NCBI GenBank assembly: GCA_020891255.1
Contig: BQFW01000012.1
Coordinates: 1,674,001 to 1,738,000, forward strand
From: Entomortierella parvispora E1425
Taxonomy: Eukaryota > Fungi > Mortierellomycota
Direction of reading: 5' to 3'
Length of the DNA stretch: 64,000 bases
Part shown: positions 50,257 through 62,199 of the stretch, piece by piece
Position numbering within the stretch: position 1 is the stretch's first letter
Layout: the number at the start of each line of letters is the position of its first letter
Translations under genes and position numbers: made by a program
The notes under the pieces: model-generated
What the model saw: the letters and a program-made list of their open reading frames with translations, nothing else
Database searches by the model: none
Told to the model about the DNA's origin: nothing

Positions 50257-52908
50257 TTAATGACCGGTGGCAATTTCAACCACCGTAGTACTGACCCGCC
50301 TGTTTCCGTCCATCTTGAACGACCCTTGCTCCCCACCGTCATCCTTGGCACCCTGAAGCTGTTGCTCCAACTCCTCTTGTTCTGCGAGCAACAACTCGTT
50401 TGACTTCCATTGGATCTCGATCCCGACTTCGCCAACGTCTTCCCACCGTTGCTCGAGCACATTCTCACCACCTTCGTTCTCGATCACAGGGTTCAAGCCT
50501 AGAAGAACCTTGACCGAACAACCAGTGCGTGCCAGCTTGCCCTCGCGCCAAAACACAAATCCTGCGACTACGTCCTCCCACTTGGCAATCATATTGTTCT
50601 CCAGGTTCAAGAACTCGAGACTGGGCGCATGCTGAACACCCTCAAGTCGTTCAATCAGATTGTTGGAAAGGTTCACGCGACGAACATTCAGCAGGTTGCG
50701 GAGGAACCGAGTAGACTTGATTGCATTCGAGTCAAGGTTCAGACTGTGAAGGTGGATGAAATAGGATGAGGTGGGGATATGGGTCAATCCTCGCATGGCC
50801 AGATCCAGCTCTCGAGGCTGTTCTGGAGCAAACTCGATTTCGGGGAACCGCTTCGAATCTTTGATAATACTCAACGTCTCCCGATCAAAGACAAGTTGTG
50901 TGCCTGAAAAGAAGAAAAACTGAAGTTAGTTTCTCATCTTGAACCAGGTAGGTATTCTTGTAAGCAAAGAAATACTCACGTCGATCTTCGTATCTCTCTT
51001 GACGAAGGGGATCAATGGAGATCAGCTTTTCTTGGAGTTCGATACACTCATCGTCAATGTCCTTTGCTTGCATAGAGTGAATGCTGACCGTCTCTCGCAG
51101 CTCGGACAACAGTGTTGATAGAATCTGGATCGGCCATTTACAATCTGGCTCAATCTCAATCAGTTCGCGGACAGAAGCAATTTCGCGCTGCAGCAACTCT
51201 ACACGGCCCTCGAGCGACTCGGATGAAGTTAGCGACGTAACAAGGTGTTTTGAACTTGAAGGTTGAGTCTCGATCGTTCCATCTGGTCCCGCAACTGGTC
51301 CAATACGCTTGGTGACATCAAACATCAGGTTTTTGCCAACAACAAGTCGAGTCAGCTGTCCAGAAATTTCATTGAGGTCCTGGTTCAGTGTCTCCAGCTC
51401 AAAGCAAACAGCAGACTGAAGTGTTGATCCAGCTCGAACAGCGCACACATCCTCAGTAAAAATTAGGACCTCGACTGTCGGGCCATAGACGGCACCAGGA
51501 GCCTGTTGGAAAATCCAGACACTCCCGAGGGATGCATCTGAACCGGTTGCCTTCCATTCTCCTTCAAGAGGAACAGCTACATGTTCAAGCCTGGTTGAAA
51601 CCGTAAAAGCGTTCCTGAGCTTGACTGTCTGATCGAATGCCACCACAATTTCCAGCGGATGGAACGAAATGACTGAAGCGCCCAAGACCGAGATACTCTT
51701 CTGTTCTACATATGTAACATCAAAATAATCAGGTCTGCAGCCATGTAGTTTGTCATTTTTGAATTCCCTGGGAATGGAAATGTTCCCTTACCTCTTCCAA
51801 TTAGCCACAAGTCGTAGAGCCATGCACTTTGATCCTCAGGGTCGGTATAGATGGCATTCTTGACCAAGTCAAACTCATTATCGACAATAGACTCCTTCTC
51901 CTCTTCAGTCATTGCCTCTGCGAGTTTGCCCAGCAGCGTGCTCCGGTTGTGCCAGGCCGAATAGTTGGAAAAGTTTTTGTGGATCTTGTTGGTGGTAAAG
52001 TCGAATTCAGCCTGGGCACGGTCCAGCACCTTGTCTGACGCCTCCTTGTCCACCAAGTCCAGTTGACGAATGATGTATCGTCTGTAATCCCAGCCGTGGA
52101 CTAAATCGATACCGAGAAATAGTCAACAACTAAGACAAAAAATCAACATGACATCATTGGTCGAAGCCATCATCCCTACTTACAGTTGCGGGAATCGATC
52201 TCCAAGAACTTGTTCACCATGCCCAGTTCGCGATCCCATCTAGGCTGGCTCATGTGCTCGAGACACCACCGACGGTGGTTCCACATCCAGTACGATTTTG
52301 GGTTCAACTTCAAGTTTTCCTGAACAAAGTCCAGCTCGTTGGTGTAGATTTGGTTGGCAGTGTCGTCGTCGCTAGAGATCAGAGAGAATACGGTCAGGCT
52401 CCCTGACAAAGGCTTTGCAGGTATTGATATTTAGAAGACGGTAGAACCAGCACTTACGCGCTGTCAAGAAATCCTTCCTTGAGGATTGTCCGGCGCACGT
52501 TCCAGACAGTATAATAATCGGGACTCTTGCGAAGCAGAGCAGTGGTGACCTTGAGCGCGTCATTATCTCGCTTCTGAGAGTCGATCTGAACATTGAAAAA
52601 GGAAAGCTGGGTCAAAATACAGAGCGACGCGATAGAAGGCATCAATTTCATCCGAATGGATACTGTGGGAAAGAATAGAGATGACTTACAACTTCCTTCA
52701 AGATCTCCTTCAGCCCAAGGTAGTCTTTCAAGATAGCGGATTCTCGTTCCTCCCGGGCTTTAACCAGCTCGGGGGCCTCTTCTTTAACCTTCTTTTGGCC
52801 GTGTCTGCTTGCCTAGGATACGTGATATAGAGAGCTGGAGCATGAGCGGACGTGTGTGGAACGGTAGAGCAAACGTTGCTGTAACGACACGGCGAATGGC
52901 GGTACCAT
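50257..52908 (-). CDS. BET4: Rab geranylgeranyltransferase (type II) alpha subunit with C-terminal LRR domain (multi-exon)
   Basis: ATG micro-exon then ASRHGQKKVK; PFTA repeats SPDYYTVWNVRR, NPKSYWMWNHRRW, DSRNFHGWDYRR, NFSNYSAWHNRS, YTDPEDQSAWLY; ISIDPLRQERYED; LRRs LHSLNLDSNAI, VRRVNLSNNLI, LEFLNLENNMI. Confidence 0.92.
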
Positions 52909-53359
52909 GTTGTTTCTTTAGGTAAATGAGAGAATGCGTAAGTGAAGTAAACTGAGTGATACGTGAAGGCGTGTTTGTACAAGTGAATTTCAGAATGAGA
53001 TGGAAAGATAGTCAGATGTGGAGGATGATAAGGAAGAGAGGAGAGAGGACGGTTGCATGCATGGGAATGAAGAAAAGGGGCATCCAGACCCCATTAGTGG
53101 CACCCATGTAACTGCACACCGTCAATTAGAGGGGGCAGCATATTGTCACGTGTCATCTTCTTGGCTCGTCTCCACATGCGGATCGACCGACCAAACGAGC
53201 GAACCGCTGCAAAGAACGAAGAACGAACGAAAGGGTGCCTTGTTCCTCTTTGTGTGTCTCTTTGTCCTCCTTCTCGCCGTCTTTGTCCTCGTCTGTCTTC
53301 TCTCCTCTCTTCTTTTCACCCTTCTCTCACGCCCCCACACGACCTTCTTCCTCTCGCCA

Positions 53360-55359
53360 ATGATATCCACCGTTCAAGGATTCGCCAACAGACACCGGCG
53401 CGCGCTGGTCATCACCGCCGGCATCTCCGGCGGCATCTACATGATGGGCAAATACGCAAAGAGCAAGCTCTTCGAGTTTCAGGAAAAATCGGCGTCTGAA
53501 CGCACTGCCAAGGAGAAGTAAGGCCTTCATGCATGCATTTCCACTGTGGCGACCCTATTACCCTGCTCATTTCCGGTGTTGATGACATTTCCACTGTGGC
53601 GACCCTATTACCCTGCTCATTTCCGGTGTTGATGGATGGACCACTGCCCATGCCAGAACAGAAAACATTCTCCCAGCCGAAACGACGTTACTTAAAATTT
53701 CAATCGCCTTTTCATTTTGTTCCTGATAGCATGAAGCGTCGGTTCGAACAGAACCAGCAGGATTGTGTCTTTACGGTGCTGTCGCTCCTTCCCACTCTGG
53801 GCGACCAGCTCTTGCACGAGCTCAATGTGGAACTGATCACAGCCAAGTTGCAGCAAACTCGATCCCAACGTGCAACACCCCTTCCTACCCCTGACAACTC
53901 CATGATCTTGCCACCAAAACCAGCATCTTCTGAAGAAGGCGAGGAAAAAGAGTCCACAGACGCAGCAGATCAAACCGCTAAGGAGTCTACCGAGGACCCA
54001 TCGACCAAAGAGTCAGCCGAAGAGACAACTACCAGCACAGAGGCTTCGACTGAGGAAGGAGCAGAAACCAGAGAATCATCAGGGGCAGCTCAAAAAGCGA
54101 CCGAGACCGAGGCTACCTCTGAAAGTGCTCAGGAAGACAACAAGGAGGTCAGTGGAACAAAGCCAGAAGAGTCGACAGAGGCAAAGGACGATCAGAGCGC
54201 AATGCACGCTGCTGTTGCGGCCGCTGCCAAGAACGAGGCAGAGGTGGCAGCCGCCGCGGCGATCGACAGGCGCACGAAGCTTGAGCTCTGGAATGAGCTC
54301 AAGATCATGAGCTTCACACGAACAGTCACCGCTCTGTACTCGCTCACGTTCCTGACGTTATTGACGCAGGTCCAACTCAACTTGCTTGGTCGGTTCACCT
54401 ATGTTTCCTCGGTCGTCGCCATGTCCAACACGACCGATGCCTCTTGCAGGGTCGAAGGTCCTTCGACCAAAGGCTCGATGTCCGCCACCAGTGGACAACT
54501 CGACCTTCAGACTGAAAAGAAGTATCTGACTTTTAGCTATTGGCTGTTGCACGAAGGTTGGCGTCGTTGGAGTGACAAGGTCCGCGAGGTTGTTGAGGAC
54601 GTTGTTGGCCGGTGAGTCCCTCATTTTGTCTCTCATGTATTGTTTAAAGTGACCCATGTCTACTCTTGGGACTGACTCTTTGGTGCTGTTTATCTCCATA
54701 GCATCTCATTGAAAAAGACATTGACCGCCAAGGACTTTTCAGAGCTCATTGGCGAGATCCGGGAGCGTCTCGAATACACCGAGGTCGACGGCGTCCAAGT
54801 CCCTGCAAAGTATGTGAAATCCGGAAAAAACAAGAAAAAAATTCAAAATGTTGTTTCTAACGTTTGTCGATCTTCTCGTTCTACTTTTCGCCGAATATAT
54901 AGCATGCGTGAGTATATGCTCCCAGATGATGCCTCTGATGAACGTGAGGTACTCCGCGCTGGTGGTGTGGACGAGTTTGACTTGATTGTGGACCCAGTAC
55001 TTCGCAACTTGCTGGACGAGACACGCGATTTCATTGACAGCGAAGATTTCACTACCGTACTCCACTCGACCTTGACTACGACCTTTGCTCGCTTCAACCT
55101 TGCTCTTCAGCCCACCTTCAATCCCTTCTTGCTCTCTGAATCGCACAACAGCCGAGCCACTATTGAGGAGATTGAGGACGAGGATGACATTGACCGAGCT
55201 GTCCCTCTCGCCTCGCTGTTGCCCTTGGTGGCAAGACAGGTCCACCTTATTGTCAATGGCGTTCCCAACGAGTATGTCGAGAGTCTGGCGATGGTCAAGG
55301 AGCTTCAGGCCTTTTCAGCAATCGTATACTCTTCTTTTAGCGAGCAACTTGTGAATTAG
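53360..55359 (+). CDS. PEX3: Peroxin-3; exons 53360-53517, 53730-54611, 54702-54809, 54903-55359
   Basis: RHRRALVITAGISGGIYMMGKY membrane anchor, KENMKRRFEQNQQDC, KLELWNELKIMSFTRTV, TQVQLNLLGRFTY, YLTFSYWLLHEGW, LLDETRDFIDS and ELQAFSAIVYSSF. Confidence 0.95.
53536..53634. repeat. Perfect 49-bp tandem duplication (period 50) in PEX3 intron 1
   Basis: CATTTCCACTGTGGCGACCCTATTACCCTGCTCATTTCCGGTGTTGATG at 53536-53584 and 53586-53634. Confidence 0.95.
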
Positions 55360-55458
55360 AAGTTAATAATTGTAATTGTATTGTTCAATAATGGGTATAG
55401 TAGGGTAAAAGTATGATTAGAGTGTCCACTATTATGAGAGGGACGAGGAGAGGGCTGT

Positions 55459-57954
55459 TTACTTCTTGAAGATGCTTCCCCATCGAGACTTTTTCAATGT
55501 TGGCATCGGGGGCACGGCTGGTGCGGCTGGTATGGCTGGTACGGGTGGTACTGTCGACTTCGACTTTAAGCTGGTATCAGCAGCGGAGGCTCCAACTGTC
55601 GCATGCCTAGTCAGAGTAGGCGTTGGTGGAGGCGTTGGAAGCTGTTGGCCCTTTGCAGAGAGAGCAGAAGTCGACTTCATGCCGGCAGATTTTGTGCTGC
55701 GATGGTCATCGCTTAGGGAGGAAGTAGAGCTCATTGGGACTCCATTAACTATAGCACCAAATCCGCCGTTAGGGTTCGATATGGCGTTGACTTTGAGGCC
55801 GCCCACGCTGGTCACCTGGCGTCTCATATGAACGGCCTCTGGGAACTGCTTGTAAAACAGTTTGTCCTCCACCGGACGCATCGTGTCCAAAATGACAATG
55901 GAGAGCAAAATCAAAAAGGTCCTGAACTCGAGTGGGAAGGTATCTGGGTTATAGAGCTCAAAGTCGCCCTTCTTCATCACAGGGCCTGAATTGAGGCGGT
56001 ATTCGGAAATAAGTTGCAGGTATCGCTTCGAATCGTAAGGTGAAGGGACACCAAGTAAGGAGTGAGCATTGGGGTTTCCTGGATGATCCATGCCTGTGCC
56101 ATGGAAAACGGTCGCCAGGGGCTTGGGTTGCGAGGGCTTAAACCTGGACTCGCCTCCGCACATTTGAGACGTGGTGATCCGGTATTGGTCCTTTTGTTTT
56201 CTGTATTCTGTTACAAAGTCGTCGTCCTTCCAGCGGAAAACAAATCGGGCAAAGGGCTCACTCGGGTTTGAGGATGCCTTTTTCTTATTGTCCTCCATCA
56301 CAATCCTGATCTGGCGTTTGGTCAACATTTCAGTGGCAGTGAGGTTGCCCCAGGTCGAGGTGCGTCCAAACATGGTCCAAATCGGTGTGTTGCTGACATT
56401 AGCCCGTATAGAATCTTGCTCTTGACCGATATGTCGGCCGGGATGGAAATAAAGTAGCAACCCATGCTTGTTGAACACATTGGTCTTGCGGGGATCCATT
56501 GTGTCATGAATCAATCTGTAGAGGTCAAAGTATGCCTCTGGGACTAGATGTGGACGCGTGATTGCTTGAGGATCCCCGTAAATAGTTCCCGTTCTTGGGT
56601 CCGTGTCATAGAATGGCAAATCACCATAATCAAAATCGGCAGGGATAGAGTCGTAGCCATACTGACTGAAGTCTTGCTGATGGTCTGGAATCGACGCCTG
56701 GTCCACTGTCGCTGGAACACCAGGCACTTGGGGCACTACACTTGATGAACCAGCCGAAGTCAGAGGAGGACGACTGAATGACGCTGGAGTGGTTGAGGCT
56801 CTGTTCAGGGATGGTTTGATGAATCCTGATCCTGATCCTGATCCTGATCCAGAGCCTGACCCAGAGCATGATCCAGAGCCATAAGCAAATCCAGAGCTAG
56901 AGCCAGCACCGGAACTAGACCCGGCTCCGACTCCAGAACCATGCGAGAACTGTGCTGATGCCGAAGAGACCCTAGGGTGAGAGGCTGAACTTGATCCTGC
57001 ACCAGAACTGGAACCGACAACTGAAATGGATCGTGACGCTTTGCCACGGGCACCGGGGCCAGACATGGCCGAGACAGTTGCAGGTCGGTCTAAAGATGCA
57101 GGGGTTGAAGACAAAGACACTGGTGCCTTTGATCGTGCGCTTTCGCTCATCTCCTCCACCTCCTCTTCGACTGAGGAAAGTGAGGTCGAGGATGATGCCT
57201 CGGACAGTCGGCTATTCGAAGAGCTGTAGAAATCGGATTTGGAGGGCGAGCTTGACGTTGCAGAGACGAAAGTGCCCTTGCCCTTGCCCTTGCCGTTGGC
57301 AGTATCCATTTCCTCAAGTCCGCGCCCGTGCTCACCGTACTCGCTACTGCGGCCATGGTCAAAGGCCCAGACGCTCTTTCCCTTCCCTTTGCCGTTCGTG
57401 GGAAGAAGGATGTCGGGTGACTGGGCTGATGGGGGTGCTGCTGCGCCCTGATTGGCTACCGTTTTCATGTAACCTGCCCTGTGTGTATGCTCGTATTGCT
57501 CTCGGTCTTCGTATTGCTCTCGGTCGACATTCTCGTCGTCTGTGTCCAGAGCGATAACTTTGCCCTTGCCCTTACCCCCGCTAATGCCGTTGTCGATATC
57601 TTCGATGGCTTTGCCCTTGCCCTTGCCCTTGCCATTATTACTAGGTGAGGAAAGTGAATCTGTTGAGGATGAGGGCGATGACTCTACTGACGATCGGAAC
57701 GAGGCTGAAGACACACTCGAGCTTGGGGAACCATCTGGGCGACCCATTGTCGCATCATCCATGGCCGATCCTGGGGGACTCGTGGCGATTGAATGTACTG
57801 GGGCGATTGGTCTTTTGGTTAGTGGGGTGGCGACCGCAGCGCTGGTGCGGTGACCGGTGTGGATGGAGGAGGATATTGTTGTGGAGGCTACTCCGGCCAT
57901 GACGGTGTGGGTATCAGAGGTAGGAGAGAGCTCAATGGATATTCTGGAGGGCAT
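55459..57954 (-). CDS. Intronless hypothetical protein: Ser/Gly-rich N-terminus with four GKGKGK arrays and a globular C-terminal domain
   Basis: Single long ORF with first plausible ATG at 57954. Globular region NKHGLLLYFHP...FARFVFRWKDDDF...EFRTFLILLSIVILDTM; no family recognised with confidence. Confidence 0.8.
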   Translation of the reverse strand: MPSRISIELSPTSDTHTVMAGVASTTISSSIHTGHRTSAAVATPLTKRPIAPVHSIATSPPGSAMDDATMGRPDGSPSSSVSSASFRSSVESSPSSSTDSLSSPSNNGKGKGKGKAIEDIDNGISGGKGKGKVIALDTDDENVDREQYEDREQYEHTHRAGYMKTVANQGAAAPPSAQSPDILLPTNGKGKGKSVWAFDHGRSSEYGEHGRGLEEMDTANGKGKGKGTFVSATSSSPSKSDFYSSSNSRLSEASSSTSLSSVEEEVEEMSESARSKAPVSLSSTPASLDRPATVSAMSGPGARGKASRSISVVGSSSGAGSSSASHPRVSSASAQFSHGSGVGAGSSSGAGSSSGFAYGSGSCSGSGSGSGSGSGSGFIKPSLNRASTTPASFSRPPLTSAGSSSVVPQVPGVPATVDQASIPDHQQDFSQYGYDSIPADFDYGDLPFYDTDPRTGTIYGDPQAITRPHLVPEAYFDLYRLIHDTMDPRKTNVFNKHGLLLYFHPGRHIGQEQDSIRANVSNTPIWTMFGRTSTWGNLTATEMLTKRQIRIVMEDNKKKASSNPSEPFARFVFRWKDDDFVTEYRKQKDQYRITTSQMCGGESRFKPSQPKPLATVFHGTGMDHPGNPNAHSLLGVPSPYDSKRYLQLISEYRLNSGPVMKKGDFELYNPDTFPLEFRTFLILLSIVILDTMRPVEDKLFYKQFPEAVHMRRQVTSVGGLKVNAISNPNGGFGAIVNGVPMSSTSSLSDDHRSTKSAGMKSTSALSAKGQQLPTPPPTPTLTRHATVGASAADTSLKSKSTVPPVPAIPAAPAVPPMPTLKKSRWGSIFKK

Positions 57955-60900
57955 TGATGATCTATGTGAAAGAAAGAGTGAATAAAGGGGCGACAGAGAA
58001 TACGAAGGATAGTCAAGCTGACTGAAGGTATTAAAACGGTCAGCAAAGGAGTCCTCCGAGACAGAGAGCATCGGCAAGAAGGGGGAAGCCGGCAGGTCAG
58101 CCTGCCAGCACGAGCAAAGGCCATGCGGCCAATGGGCCGCTGTTGCTGCAGCAATGAGCCATTACCTTGAGACAAGCAAGCCAGGTGTGTGGGGTCAGGG
58201 AGGGAACAATAAGGGGCAGGAGGAGCAGGAGGAGCAAGAGGGGGTGGCAGAGATGAGTGTGGATTGTAGAGTTACAAATGGCAGAAAGGAGTAAGAGAGC
58301 GAGCAAGAGTAAAGGCAATGAGTGACGGAGAGAGGGAGAATGAATGAATGAGAGACTGAGAGATGAGAGAACAAAGCGATGGACGGATGGAGAGACAACA
58401 AGGAAGAAGAGAAAGAAAAGAGAATGTACGAGGGAAAGGGCCGTCTTTTGTGCTTTGTTCCCACCAAGCTGTCGCCTTGCTCCTTCTTGACACCCCAAGA
58501 CACCCCAAGACACACGACAAGACTGCAAGGGCGCAATTGTAGAGAGACAACAAGAAAGCAAGACAAGTCTTTCCGCCAGCCTGCCATGACGGCAAACACA
58601 AGACACAACGGCGTTTTGATCCCCTTCGGGTCTTTGTTCCGAGATGGCGGTGATGTGCCTGGCCTCACAGCCATTCGACGACGGACGAATCAGTCGCACC
58701 CGCCAAAAGTCGACTCGCTGTGGATTTGCTTCCCTCGACAGTTTGCTTCGCACTACCAGGGAAACAATGGCCACGTACGCAGCCATTTTGGCGCTTCGAA
58801 GCTCACCATGGCTTGGTCATCATCGAAGCAGTGCAGTTGGGCGTAATGACCTGGATCGATCGTTTATCCGTTTGCTCGCTCGTTCCGTCATCATCATGAC
58901 TATCAACCGCAGCATTGTCGACAGTTTCTTCACTCACCAGCCCGTTTGCACTGGTGATCGCTTTTTTATTGCGCAGGAGAATCTTCCGGGGTCTGGAGGG
59001 CTATCTGCGCCGCCCATCCTTCTCTTCACCGACGGATCTTTGATGGATCGATTCGTTGTGTCCCTGAGAGAACCAAAAAAAACATGCCCCGTTCGCAAAT
59101 GTGTTTGTTCGTCTATCGGTCTCGACTTGCATACAGCCTGGAGACAAACTCTGGTAGACACCCTGCTATCACCATTGTCCTCATGACTATAGCCCACAGC
59201 CATTGCCCTGTCCACACTGTCTCAATTGACAACATCGTCATCAAGAACAGACTTCGGGCAGTCCATTTGTGGTGCCTGTTGTCTACTCTGCAACTCTAAG
59301 GCAACCCAAAAAAAAAGCGAGGGTAAAGAGGGGACGAAATGAGATGTGGGTGGGTCACTCATGTCTTTGGTGGGGTCTGTTTATGTGGGCGTGTGCTGCT
59401 GCTGTTGTTGCTGTTGTTGCTTTTGTTGTTTTCTGCATGCAAAGTGCGTCTGGCGCAAACACATCAAAAGTTCTCATCATGGACAACAAGGTTGCTGGTT
59501 GGGCCACAAGAACAAAACAAAAAAGAATCAAGCGACGATGGCACGGGATTAGGTGGACAACATTGCTCGGATCTGCTTCCGACAAGACCAGCAGCGTATG
59601 ATGTTGGGTGACGACGAGAGGATGATGAGGTCGATGGTAATTTCACCACATGCAAGCCCTTTTTTCATAAAAAGAGGGGGGATTGTTGTGGACATCCTCT
59701 CCTCTTCCACCACGCGCCAGATAACGAATTATCTCCTTGCTTGTCCTAGGGAAAAAAAGGGGACGGATGCAGACCTTGGGTGTTTGTCCAATCGAAGGAC
59801 AGCACAGGTTCACACCCGTCACCTTGCACTCAAGCGCGTCCCCCCGTTATATCAGAAGTGCTCACCCTATTTTTTGTCTCCATCTTTTCTGCTCCTCGCC
59901 TCCACACCTTATTTCCATCGTTCTCACTCCCAAGTTTTTGGACCTTCCATCTTTGTGGTTCTTGATTGGTAGGACAAAGTCATGAGAGGTGACAAGTCGA
60001 CAAACAGAGGCAACTTCGACAAATGAAGACCAACCTCGCTTTGGATTGGAAGTTAAACAGAGCTATCTGAGCACACAGAGTTGGAGACTTGCCATTATTG
60101 CACGCCGCATGGTCCCGAGCTCTTCGCACCGAGATGGTTGGTACCGACGACAAGATGCATTCATTCGTGGTGTTGCCTGCAATTCATTCCCACCAATCCA
60201 CAGAATACAAATTGGGTGGGCTACTTCTTGTTGGGAAGTCAGCCCATGACCGTGAGAAAGCTCAATGTTTTCACCAAGCATAGGGGGACCCCGTCATAGA
60301 GGCAGCGACCCCTGGACCGTGTCAAGTGATCTCGTGTGAATTAAGAGTGTAAAATGGGCCAAGATGTTGTAACGAAACATGTCCAAGCCACGCATGTGCA
60401 TCTCTGAAGTCTGCTGACGCTGCATAGCATCTGCATTGCAGATGATACATGTTCAAGAGAAGGACCTTCAACAACACACCCTTGAATGTCCACGGCACGA
60501 TAATTTTTGTGCTCACTGGTTTTCTTGGGTAAAGGCGCGGTTCGAATGTGCCAATGATCCAAGGTACCAATGGAACCATCCAGCACTTCCTTGGTTCTTC
60601 CGCTTTGTGACCAGCTCTCTTTTTTTCAAAGCTTTTGTTGTTGTGTGGCAGCTAGAAGGTGGAGTTAGCTTCAACCGCTTTACGCCCTCGCGAGCAAGGG
60701 GCGCCAAACTGCGCTTTGCTCAATTTTTGTCTCGTTTGTCGGTTCCAATGTTGATTTTCGCCCAAGTGCCTCTTCTTTCTGCAATGTGATTGACCTTGTC
60801 CAATGGTCCGTGATCCAAGAGACAGAGAAAAGAAAACCTAAAGATTTCCGAGGTGTGATTGTTGTCTTGAGTGCAGACAAAGGTATGACAGGTAAGGCGA

Positions 60901-62199
60901 GTGCGCCGAGGACAGTGCATCTGTACGATGATGAAAATGATGGACAGAGGTTTTGAGGAAGGAAAGAGGACGAGAGGTCGGTGCATCGCCAAATGCTTGC
61001 CTTCAGCTCCAATGAACTATGACATCTCGGCACGATTCAATTTACATTATTGCGTCGTCCCTATGCACAATGATATGTGCTGTAATCTTTCCCTCTCCGC
61101 CAGTGAATCGAAGACGAAGAGAGAAAGAGGGAGACATGATCTTGGCTCCAAAGAGAAGAACAAAATAAAAAAAGCGATCGGGGCATTTGAATGAGCATTT
61201 GCCAGAGTAATTATGAACGTGTCTGAGAGGAGAGGACCGTCGGCAGAGAAAGTTGGCAGGCCATTGAGCCCGCTTGTGGGATGCTCTTGTTTTCTTTGCT
61301 CCTTGTTGCTGGAGTCCTCATGAGTCGCAATAGTCTTCATCTTGTTCTCTCTCGTGGCTATTGTATTGCTTGCTGAGAGTTTGGCCGTGAAACTGTTTTG
61401 GGTTCTTCTCCCTAACGTCTCTCTTGTGTCTTTGTGTCTATGTTGCTGGTCCACAAAAAGGATGAACGGACACAAATTTAATCAACGGCGGAGGATGGAT
61501 GTTTTTTTTGCTCCTGAATATGGCACACGCCAAAGGCGACAGGAGAAGGCCCAGAACAACAAGCCCATGTCCGGGACCAAGGGAGGGCCTGGCTGAGGCA
61601 TAGTTCTGCCGCAGAGTGCCCAATTGCAATTGGGTTCATTGACGTCGCTTTGCCATTGGCAAGCAGCAAAAGGCTCTCATACCAGTCCTCGACCTCGTCT
61701 TTGGTCCATAGACTTGCACCAAGGGAACAAGTTCACTGCCCCTCGGCTCTTTGCTTCCATGCCATATGGAGAAGGGGCATGTGGTAAAGAACATATTGTA
61801 GTCCTTGGTTCCTTCCTGGCAGGTTTACGCCCGCGGGAAACATCTTGGTCAACACCATCAACACCACCAACGCCTCCACTCTTTTCCTCTCTTTCGTCTC
61901 CAGACAACTGACTTCTCGTCTCTTTTCTCGGTTCCTTCCTGTCTTTTCTTTGCCTGCTTCTTTACTCTTAATTCATTCATCCTCCTCTCACAGCCCATTC
62001 TCATCTCCCTGATCATTCTTTCCGCCCTTGTCGAATCTCATTCCTCCTCTCTTATAGTCCATTTATTCACATCGACATTCACGCATGGTTCTTCACTCCT
62101 AAGCGCATTCTACCCACTCACTCCCACCCCGTCTGCTCCACAACCCTCGCAATTTTCTCCACCTGCGCCCAATTTATCTCTAATATAGTCATATCATCC

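Noticed and set aside
56820-56880. (TCCTGA)n and other short tandem arrays (CAG/CAA, 18-bp DREQYE repeat) as CRISPR-like or mobile repeats
   Set aside because: They are coding microsatellites for GS, poly-Q and similar tracts, with no spacers.
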